Below are positions 1 to 7,667 of a stretch of DNA of 64,000 nucleotides, one piece after another. The notes below the pieces were generated by a model. That model had not been told where the DNA came from and did no database searches. It saw nothing but the letters and a program-made list of their open reading frames with translations. Source of the stretch: Paraburkholderia sp. (GTDB lineage: Bacteria; Pseudomonadota; Gammaproteobacteria; Burkholderiales; Burkholderiaceae); NCBI GenBank assembly GCA_036383775.1, contig DASVNP010000467.1, positions 5,243 to 69,242 on the forward strand. The letters run 5' to 3'. A program made the translations under genes and the position numbers. Within the stretch, counting starts at the first letter, position 1. Each line of letters starts with the position of its first letter.

Positions 1-131
1 GATTTTTTATAACGATAGCACAACGGCGTAGGTCGTATGGGCCGAGCCATGCTCCAGTGATCAGCGCCCCTTCCCTCTGAAGTTATCGACCGCAAATGCT
101 AACGTGAGCCCGTTTGCATAGCCATATTTAT

Positions 132-179
132 TTGACGACCTGAAAAACGCCCACTATTATTGTGCTAACGTTAGCGCAA
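132..179 (+). promoter_or_regulatory. Sigma70-like promoter overlapping a LacI-type operator
   Basis: TTGACG (132-137), 17 nt spacer, TATTAT (155-160), followed by palindrome TTGTGCTAACGTTAGCGCAA (160-179). A second degenerate copy TGCTAACGTGAGC lies at 97-109. Confidence 0.6.
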
Positions 180-269
180 CACAAAAACCGGACGCGTCGG
201 TAATCGCAGCGCCCAGCGTCGAAGTCCATTCGCCATTGGCGGGCCAGGCGGGGAGAGGAGGCGGAAGCC

Positions 270-509
270 ATGTTTGAAGAGGGATCCTTGCGGTTCCATG
301 TGGAAAAGTGGTTCGGGCGAACAGCCTTTTCGTCATTGGAGGTGAGCCGCGTCAGGCCCGCGAAGCTGGGACGAAATAGATGTGTCCAGGTCGTGTCGCC
401 GCAATCGGAGACCCGCGTGACGATATTTTTCTTCCAGCACGGCGACGGTCGATGGAGTGTCTTTCCGCCGCCGACCCGGCGCGCCACGCTGACGTTCTCA
501 AGCCGCTAG
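270..509 (+). CDS. Small conserved Burkholderiaceae hypothetical protein (79 aa)
   Basis: RBS GGAGAGGAGG upstream. The pattern SL..VEKW...RCV.V...IFFFQHGDGRWSVFPP resembles a recurrent Burkholderia small-protein family. Confidence 0.65.
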   Translation: MFEEGSLRFHVEKWFGRTAFSSLEVSRVRPAKLGRNRCVQVVSPQSETRVTIFFFQHGDGRWSVFPPPTRRATLTFSSR

Positions 510-599
510 CAACACGCAGCATCGAATCTCGCTTCACTATCGCGGCCTGCATCGACAGGACCGGCGACTTAATAAACGCAACACAAAGGAGACACCACG

Positions 600-1883
600 A
601 TGAACGCCCCTCGGCATGACGTTCGCTATGAACGCGGGACACTTGCGCTGCTCGGCATTGGGTTTGGACTGGTCGGCTTCGACCGCTGGCTGCTCGCTCC
701 GCTGTTTCCGCACATCATGCACGACCTGGGGCTGAACTATTCGCAACTGGGCAGCCTCGTGGGCATACTGGGCGTCGCGTGGGGCCTTTGGTCAATCGCC
801 ATGGGGCCGCTTGCCGACCGCATCGGTCGCAAGAAGATTCTTGTGACGACGATGATCGCCTTCTCGGTGTTGTCGAGTCTTTCCGGATTGGCGACAGGCT
901 TTATCAGCCTGCTGCTGTTGCGCGCCGCAATGGGCGTCGCCGAGGGCGCATTCACGCCGGCGAGCATCGCCGCGAACAGCGAGGCTTCGCTGCCGGCGCG
1001 CCGCGGACTCAATCAGGGCATACAGATCAGCATGATCCCCTTGATGGGTCTCGGCTTCGCGCCTATCGTCGCCACGCAACTGCTTGAGATTGTCCCAAAC
1101 TGGCACTGGGTGTTCACGCTGTCAGCCGCGCCCGGCTTCATCGTTGCAGCGCTGATCTGGCGCTGCGTGCGTGATCGCGATACGCCCACGGTCCACATGT
1201 CGCGGGAATCGGTCGATCGGCCACGCTGGACTGAGCTCTTCGCAAGCCGCAACGTCGCCGTCGCGACCCTCGCCATTCTTTGCGCAATGAGCGGGATATT
1301 CGTGATCGGCGCGATGGTGCCGACGTACCTGGTTTCCGTTGTTCATCTCGACATGCGAAGCATGGGATTCGTTGCGTCGGCAGTGGGATTCGGTGGCTTT
1401 ATTGGGTGTTTTGCGCTTGCCGGTCTCTCGGACTTCATTGGACGCCGCCCGACTGCCTTGATCGGATTTGTCTGCGCGGCTGCTCTTTTGTATCTGTTTT
1501 CATGCACGGGGCCCAATCCGACGATGCTGTTCATTCTGCTGTTCGGTGTCGCGATGTTCTCGATGGGTCTGTTGGGCCTGCTCAGTGGTCCGATCGCGAC
1601 GGAGGCCGCTCCCGTCGGACTCATTGCGTCGACGATCGGTTTCGTCTCAGGTGTGGGCGAGACATTTGGCGGCGGGGTTGCGCCGGTCATCGCAGGTTTC
1701 ATCGCCCAGCATTTCGGCCTTGCACGAACGCTCGATTTCGCGCTTTACAGCCTGGCCACGGGAGCAGTGGTCGCGTTTTTCCTCATCGAAACCGCGCCGC
1801 GCAAGCGCCGTGACGGAGCGCCACACTCTCAGCCGGCCGCGGACGGCATCGGCGGTGTCATCGCGCGTAACGGCGACGCGTGA
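600..1883 (+). CDS. MFS transporter
   Basis: 427 aa with about 12 hydrophobic segments, motif A GPLADRIGRK, RBS AAGGAG. Confidence 0.92.
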   Translation: MNAPRHDVRYERGTLALLGIGFGLVGFDRWLLAPLFPHIMHDLGLNYSQLGSLVGILGVAWGLWSIAMGPLADRIGRKKILVTTMIAFSVLSSLSGLATGFISLLLLRAAMGVAEGAFTPASIAANSEASLPARRGLNQGIQISMIPLMGLGFAPIVATQLLEIVPNWHWVFTLSAAPGFIVAALIWRCVRDRDTPTVHMSRESVDRPRWTELFASRNVAVATLAILCAMSGIFVIGAMVPTYLVSVVHLDMRSMGFVASAVGFGGFIGCFALAGLSDFIGRRPTALIGFVCAAALLYLFSCTGPNPTMLFILLFGVAMFSMGLLGLLSGPIATEAAPVGLIASTIGFVSGVGETFGGGVAPVIAGFIAQHFGLARTLDFALYSLATGAVVAFFLIETAPRKRRDGAPHSQPAADGIGGVIARNGDA

Positions 1884-1934
1884 GTTCACGTTCGAGAAAC
1901 ACGCACGCTCGCCAACGCCAATACGACTACTGCC

Positions 1935-2912
1935 ATGCTCCCAGTACTTGTCAACGTTTCATTCGCTCATTGCACGCCGTTTCCAGCGTTGTCGACTGAA
2001 ACGCGTGCACTTGCGTTGGCCCATTGGGCTCCTGTGGGCTTGCGTGGGGCGGACTGCATCGAGACCTTCTTGCATGAGTGGGACGCCAACGCGGCTTTGC
2101 TAAAGCAGATCTCCGACGATCCCGCGACTGCCGATGCAATCACAAAGCATGGCATGCCGCTTTCGAACTTTCGCTTGCATGCTCCAGTCGCACCACGCCA
2201 GGTCTATTGCACGATCGGCAATTACCGCAGCCAACTCCTGCAAGCCGCTCTCGATGCGGACGATGGACCGGATGGTCCCGGCGCCGCCGGACGCCGCACT
2301 GCCTTGCTGAATTCCGTTGAAACGCGGCGCCGCGATGGCGCTCCCTACATCTGTCTAAAAGGTCCTGCCTGCGTTTCAGGACCGAATGATTTGGTGCCTG
2401 TTTCGCGCGATCTCAAGACGCTCGACTGGGAAGTGGAGATTGGTGTCGTGATCGGCAAAAGCGCGGTACACGTCCGCGCCGAAGATGCGCTTGAGTGTAT
2501 TGCCGGCTATTGCATCGTCAATGACATCACGTTGCGCGAGCGGGTATTTCGGCAGGATGCCCCCGCGTTGGGCACAGACTGGCTGCAATCGAAAGCGCGG
2601 CCGGGCTGGCTTCCTGCAGGACCGTGGATGGTTCCTGCATGGAATATCGCCGATGCGCAACAGCTCAGGTTATGGCTTCGTCTGAACGGATCCATGATGC
2701 AGGACGGAGTAGGCAGCGACATGATCTTCAGTATCGGCGAGCAGATTGCCTATCTTTCGAACTTCACGCGGCTCGAGCCCGGCGATCTCATTTGCACCGG
2801 TACGCCAGCCGGTCTCGGCACCCACTATGGACGGTACCTGCGCCCCGGCGATGTCGTCGAAGCGGGCATTGATGGTCTCGGTTCGCAGCGGTCGACGTGT
2901 ACCGGGGTTTAA
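1935..2912 (+). CDS. Fumarylacetoacetate hydrolase (FAA) family protein
   Basis: Motifs DWEVEIGVVIGK, GYCIVNDITLR, LEPGDLICTGTPAG. Confidence 0.88.
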   Translation: MLPVLVNVSFAHCTPFPALSTETRALALAHWAPVGLRGADCIETFLHEWDANAALLKQISDDPATADAITKHGMPLSNFRLHAPVAPRQVYCTIGNYRSQLLQAALDADDGPDGPGAAGRRTALLNSVETRRRDGAPYICLKGPACVSGPNDLVPVSRDLKTLDWEVEIGVVIGKSAVHVRAEDALECIAGYCIVNDITLRERVFRQDAPALGTDWLQSKARPGWLPAGPWMVPAWNIADAQQLRLWLRLNGSMMQDGVGSDMIFSIGEQIAYLSNFTRLEPGDLICTGTPAGLGTHYGRYLRPGDVVEAGIDGLGSQRSTCTGV

Positions 2913-2980
2913 GTACTTCTTAACCAGAAACTTCGTAGTTTGCAGAAACCAACAACATGCATTTCAAAGAGGAGATCATC

Positions 2981-3331
2981 TTGCATAAATCTTCACGACA
3001 ATGGGTCATAGCGTTGCTCATATCGGCCATGCCGCCTGTGGCGCAAGCACAGGGAGTGGCGGCGAGTGCCCCCGTACAGTCGCAGCCTGACATGACGCCC
3101 GCTTCCGCGAGCAAGACTGACAGCAAGGCTCAGAAGCAGGCGCTCAAGGCGCAACGCAACGCCGAGAGAAAACAGGCGCGTCAGGTGAGGAATGCGGAAT
3201 TGCAGAACCTTCAGCGCAATGGTTACGGGCCGCAGGCGGCGCCCGACCAGTATCCCGAGAACCTGTTGAATGCGGAGCGCAAGTCCGCGCCTCAGAAGAC
3301 AGCGCCGGCAGTGCCCGCATCGTCGAATTGA
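2981..3331 (+). CDS. Secreted/periplasmic small protein (DUF4148-like)
   Basis: RBS AGGAG then TTG start, signal peptide ending AQA, C-terminal AELQNLQRNGY...QYPENL pattern typical of Burkholderia DUF4148-like proteins. Confidence 0.6.
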   Translation: MHKSSRQWVIALLISAMPPVAQAQGVAASAPVQSQPDMTPASASKTDSKAQKQALKAQRNAERKQARQVRNAELQNLQRNGYGPQAAPDQYPENLLNAERKSAPQKTAPAVPASSN

Positions 3332-3365
3332 TCGACCCGGCTGGACGAACCATAAAGGAGTTGAA

Positions 3366-3953
3366 ATGGAAAGGAGACAATACACGTCCATCGCTAAGAT
3401 CCTCCACTGGACGATGGCGCTGGCGATTATCTGCGCATGGATTGCGGGGTACTACTCCAGCACGCTGAGCCTTCCGCAGAAGATTCAAGCTGACAGCATC
3501 ATGCTGCACAAGTCGATTGCGACGATCACGCTGTTCCTGCTGGCGGCACGGATTCCATGGCGGCTCACGCACGGCGCGCCCGCAGCGTCGTGCGGAGTGC
3601 CATCGCTGGAGCGCGCCGCAGCGCGTGCTGGGCATTTGCTTCTCTACTTATGCATGCTTGCACTGCCATTGTCGGGATGGCTCTGGAGTTCGGCGGCGGG
3701 ATACAAGATTCCGGTGGCCGGCCTGTTCTTATTGCCGCCATTGATGGATAAGACGCCTGCGCTTGCACCCATCTTTAAACAGGTGCACATCTACCTCGCG
3801 TATGCCATCGCTATTCTGGTTTGCGGACACGTATTGATGGCGTTGAAGCACTACTTTGTGGATCGCAGCGATTCTCTCGAGTCGATGTTGCCGTCCTGCT
3901 TTGTCCGCCGGCGCGACGGCAGCGAGCAGAAGGCGCGTTCTCCAGCGGGCTAG
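3366..3953 (+). CDS. Cytochrome b561 family protein
   Basis: Y...KILHWTMAL, LHKS, H.LLY..M..LPLSGW and GHVLMALKH heme-ligand pattern; RBS AAAGGAG. Confidence 0.9.
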   Translation: MERRQYTSIAKILHWTMALAIICAWIAGYYSSTLSLPQKIQADSIMLHKSIATITLFLLAARIPWRLTHGAPAASCGVPSLERAAARAGHLLLYLCMLALPLSGWLWSSAAGYKIPVAGLFLLPPLMDKTPALAPIFKQVHIYLAYAIAILVCGHVLMALKHYFVDRSDSLESMLPSCFVRRRDGSEQKARSPAG

Positions 3954-4012
3954 ATGTCGTCCGCCAATAAGCAAAGTGTTTCGTTCATTCGCGCGCGAGA
4001 GCGCGAACTTTT

Positions 4013-4038
4013 GCCCGGCGCAAGCCGGGTTCTTTTTT
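4013..4038 (+). terminator. Rho-independent terminator
   Basis: Hairpin GCCCGGC-GCAA-GCCGGGT followed by TCTTTTTT, downstream of the cytochrome b561 gene. Confidence 0.8.
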
Positions 4039-4111
4039 GCGCGGAGCATTAGACAGCGGCGCAAGGTCGAGTAAATCGCTCAACAACGAACGGCATCCGA
4101 TGCCGGCCGCC

Positions 4112-4273
4112 GGTATCCGGACCGCTGAAGTAGCCCCGGTCAGCCAGCACCTTCAGCTTTGGCTTGCTCATCGTGCTCTTCGCCGACCGAGCAATCCTGC
4201 TGAGTTGCCCGTGATCGCCGCCGACGTTCGTCACCTCGTGTTCGACGATCAGATGGTGCTTCGTATCCACGGC
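4112..4273 (-). pseudogene. IS1182-family transposase internal fragment
   Basis: Translates AVDTKHHLIVEHEVTNVGGDHGQL...KVLADRGYFSG, the DDE region of IS1182 transposases. Neither gene end is present. Confidence 0.75.
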
Positions 4274-4396
4274 GATCAGTGGCTTCACCGCTGTTCGCGA
4301 ACGTGTACCTGCACTACGTCTTCGATCTCTGGACCAACCGGTGGCGACGGCGGGAAGCAAGAGGCAACGTGATCATCCTGCGGTATGCGGATGACA

Positions 4397-6262
4397 GTGT
4401 GCCAAGAACGCAGGCCCCGGCGCATTGGGAACTGCGATGCTGCATGTGAGATGAGGGCGGGCCCCTCGGAGCCGGTCTGCAGGGACAGGCTTCAAACCAC
4501 CTTAAGCTGCATGGGTTAAGAGCTCGTGTGGTGAGCGTTAAGGAAAAGGCAGGGCGTGACTCTGTCAGGTACGGATCAGGAAGACGAACGCAAGTGGACC
4601 ACTGATGAAGTGTCGAAAGCATAGGGACGACGTCAAAACCGGGGGGGAGTCGTTAACCCGGGATAAGAGTGGGAGGCGACCTGCTTACTGCCCACTTGGC
4701 GTCCGGCATGAAGGTGGCGTGAGCCCGATCCAGGCGCACATGTGGAACTTGGGAACCTGTCGCCTCGATGTGAAGGGAGCGACTCAAGCGGAGAACCCGC
4801 AAGAGTCTGAGTACCGATGCGAGGCACAGGGGCGGAGCAACCCGTATGAGCGACGAAGGTTCTGTAATGGAACTGGAGCAAAGGGGTTGCATTATCCGGC
4901 CTTGAATATTGGGCCAACTTGAAAGAGGATGAGCTTGATGGACGAGGCGAAACCGTTTTGTATTCCGAAGCGCGCAGTGTGGGAGGCGTATAAACGCGTG
5001 AAGGAGAATCAGGGCGCAGCGGGAGTGGATGGGCAGACCATCGCGGATTTTGAAGAGGACTTGAGTGGTAACCTCTACAGGATTTGGAATCGGATGAGCT
5101 CAGGCAGTTACTTTCCGCCGCCCGTGTTAAGGGTTGAGATACCGAAGGACAATGGTGCGGGCGTGAGGCCCTTGGGTATACCCACTGTGTCTGACAGAAT
5201 CGCCCAGACGGTCGGGAAAAACTATCTGGAGCCGATGCTGGAGGAGATCTTCGATGAGGATTCCTATGGCTATCGTCCGGGTAGGTCGGCAAAGGATGCG
5301 TTAGGCATGGCGCGCCAGAGGTGCTGGCGTCATGACTGGGTTCTCGAGCTCGATATCCGGTCATTCTTTGATAATCTCAATCATGAACTGCTTCTGCGTG
5401 CGGTACGCCACCACACTGATTGCGAGTGGGTACTGTTGTATGTCGAGCGGTGGCTCACGGCTTCCGTGCAACTGGAGGACGGGAGCACGGTGATGCGTGA
5501 CAAAGGGACCCCGCAGGGGGGTGTGATCAGCCCGTTGTTAAGCAATCTCTTTCTGCACTATGTGTTCGATCGATGGATGCGGAAGCATTTCCCCGACATC
5601 CCGTTCGAGCGCTACGCGGACGATGCTGTTTGCCACTGTAAGACGTTGGTCCAGGCGCAGCAACTGCGCGCCGCGTTGGAGCAGCGCTTTGCGGAATGTC
5701 ATCTGGAACTGCATGCGCAGAAAACCCGGGTGGTGTACTGCAAGGACGATGATCGTCGGAGGACTTATCCTGATCACAGCTTTGACTTCCTTGGCTTTAC
5801 GTTTAGGCCACGGCACTCGAAGAACAGGTGGGGTAAGTTCTTCATTAGTTTTACTCCGGCGGTTAGCAACAAGGCTGCGAAGGCGATGCGACGCACAATG
5901 CGAAGCTGGGGCCTCCATAACAGGAGCGACAAGTCGATCGAGGATCTGGCAGGGATGTTCAACCCGGTGGCACAGGGCTGGATTAACTACTACGGCAGAT
6001 ACTACAAGTCGGCGCTCTATCCCACGTTGCGCCACCTGGACCTGGTGTTGGCCCGGTGGGCGGCGAAGAAATACAAAAAGTTGCGGGGCCACCTTCGGCG
6101 AGCCAGGCACTGGTTGGCGCGTGTAGCGCAAACCCGGCCTGGGCTGTTCGCTCACTGGAAGCTCGTGCAGCCGACGGTTGGATAATGGGAGCGGAGTGAG
6201 TCGAGAGGCTCATGCTCCGTTCTGCGAGAGCCTGGAGGTGCGATTCCTCTGGGCTACTCACC
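4397..6262 (+). mobile_element. Inner group II intron, class D (RmInt1-like), apparently complete, 1866 nt
   Basis: 5' end GTGTGC. DV GAGCGGAGTGAGTCGAGAGGCTCATGCTCCGTTC. DVI ends CTACTCACC. Precise excision restores the host reading frame. Confidence 0.93.
4929..6185 (+). CDS. ltrA: Group II intron reverse transcriptase/maturase (no endonuclease domain)
   Basis: 418 aa. GAAGVDG, RPLGIPTVSDRIAQ, SYGYRPGRSA, GTPQGGVISPLLSNLFLH, RYADD, FDFLGF and X-domain GWINYY motifs; closely resembles the RmInt1 IEP as recalled. Confidence 0.96.
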   Translation: MSLMDEAKPFCIPKRAVWEAYKRVKENQGAAGVDGQTIADFEEDLSGNLYRIWNRMSSGSYFPPPVLRVEIPKDNGAGVRPLGIPTVSDRIAQTVGKNYLEPMLEEIFDEDSYGYRPGRSAKDALGMARQRCWRHDWVLELDIRSFFDNLNHELLLRAVRHHTDCEWVLLYVERWLTASVQLEDGSTVMRDKGTPQGGVISPLLSNLFLHYVFDRWMRKHFPDIPFERYADDAVCHCKTLVQAQQLRAALEQRFAECHLELHAQKTRVVYCKDDDRRRTYPDHSFDFLGFTFRPRHSKNRWGKFFISFTPAVSNKAAKAMRRTMRSWGLHNRSDKSIEDLAGMFNPVAQGWINYYGRYYKSALYPTLRHLDLVLARWAAKKYKKLRGHLRRARHWLARVAQTRPGLFAHWKLVQPTVG

Positions 6263-6930
6263 TCGTTGTCGGCTTCGAGCACGAAGCCGACGCGCGGCTC
6301 TTCTGGGACGCGATGCGATCGAGGCTGGAAGAGTTCTCGCTTGAGCTACATCCGGACAAGACGAGGCTGCTGGAGTTCGGCCGCTATGAAGCGGTCAACC
6401 GCCAGAATCGGGGTCTTGGCCGGCCGCAGACCTTCACCTTTCTGGGTTTCATCTTTATCTGCGGCAGATCTCGTCGCGGGGCTTTCCAGTTACAACGGAA
6501 GACCCGAGGGGATCGCATGCGGGTGAGACTCAGGCAGATCAAGGAGGCGCTACGGAAGCGCATGCACGAACCGATTCCAGTGCAAGGGCAATGGCTCAGG
6601 CAGGTGGTTCGCGGATACTTCGCGTATCACGCGGTGCCTACCAACTCGCGGGCACTCGTCGAATTCCGGCATCACGTCACCGATCTATGGCGGCGCACGC
6701 TCCGGCGGCGCAGTCAGAAGGACGCCATGACGTGGGAGCGAATGAGACGAATCGCCAATGCCTGGCTTCCGCCCCCTCGAATCCTTCATCCGTGGCCTGA
6801 TCGGCGCTTCGCCGTCAAACACCCGAGGTAGGAGCCCGGTGCCAAATGTGTTCGCCAACATACTATGCCCGAATCGGGTACGCCGGGATCTGCGCGGGCG
6901 GTGTCCAGCAATGGACATTCCTACCGCGAT

Positions 6931-7422
6931 AATCTACCGATAACTCCGGGGTGCGTCGCGTCGGCAGAAGAGGCTCAATGGAACACTCTGAAAACCGCAG
7001 GCTAATAGAGTCCCCGTTGTCATCGTACTGCTCAGGCGTGCACAAGCAGGATACGACTCGCGGCACTTTAACCTGTACTCTGCCAAGTGCCGTCGAAAAG
7101 GTGCGGGAACGCCAATCCTTGATGCGCCGATAGCCGCCGCATTCCCGACAGTTCCGACGAAGCTTATCGTAGGCGTTATTCTGGTCTTGCGCCACGAGTT
7201 GTTGCAGCGTAGCTAGTAGTTCACGACCTTCGGCAAGAGATAATCCGAAATCGGCCGGGGTAGCGCCATTGACCGGGCGCTTAACGGAACAAACCGGAAC
7301 CGTCTCGTCCGTTCCCTGTCGTTGCAGCAGGATCTTCCAGCGCAGTTCCATGGCCGTCTCCCGAGTAGGTCAACTGTTGCAGTTTAGACCAGACGTGCCT
7401 CCCCCAGATTTCGTCCACTCCC
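6931..7422 (-). mobile_element. ISKra4-family IS remnant (left end plus transposase N-terminus, about 6940-7351)
   Basis: FGLSLAEGRELLATLQQ...CRECG...FSTALGRVQVKVPR..SCLC...TPEL pattern. Terminal sequence GGGAGTGGACGAAATCTGGGGG on the minus strand at 7401-7422. Truncated at the intron 3' end. Confidence 0.78.
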
Positions 7423-7513
7423 GTCATGAACGCCAGACGCCGCTAAGTGCATCATCTGGGCGACGATTTGTTCTTGTCCATCTGCTGCTCGAACGTCGCG
7501 GCAACCCACGTCA

Positions 7514-7536
7514 GAATCGCACTACTAGTGCGATTC
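7514..7536. repeat. Perfect inverted repeat (terminator or operator)
   Basis: GAATCGCACT-ACT-AGTGCGATTC downstream of the acyl-CoA synthetase gene. Confidence 0.5.
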
Positions 7537-7667
7537 ACTCGACTACTTTAGCGAAGAAGGGAGCAGTCGCTGCACCACTCGTGCCTTCGGGCACCCCATC
7601 GGGTCGATAGCCGCGGATAAGCGGCCATCGATGCGCGACACCGAATACATCCAATATGCCGCCAATC

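Larger units (their letters stand above)
4276..6831 (+). pseudogene. ltrA: Class E-like intron-encoded RT/maturase, split into 4276-4396 and 6263-6831, N-terminus missing
   Basis: Joining 4396 to 6263 restores YADD-IVVGFE. LHPDKTRLLEFGR, FTFLGF and RGYFAYHAVP motifs follow. Confidence 0.85.
4274..6930 (+). mobile_element. Outer group II intron (class E-like), 5'-truncated and interrupted by an inner intron
   Basis: RT segment SVASPLFANVYLHYVFDLW...RYADD (4276-4396) continues in frame after the inner intron as IVVGFE...LPPPRILHPWPDRRFAVKHPR* (6263-6831). DV/DVI-like sequence follows and ends CCTACCGCGAT (6930). Confidence 0.88.

Noticed and set aside
4929-6185. RT as part of a retron, DGR, Abi or CRISPR-associated system
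   Set aside because: It has a maturase X domain and flanking ribozyme domains. I saw no template/variable repeats, msr-msd-like structure or cas genes.
6178-6831. 217-aa ORF as a stand-alone gene
   Set aside because: Its first ~28 codons are DV/DVI of the inner intron; the rest is the 3' half of the interrupted outer RT.
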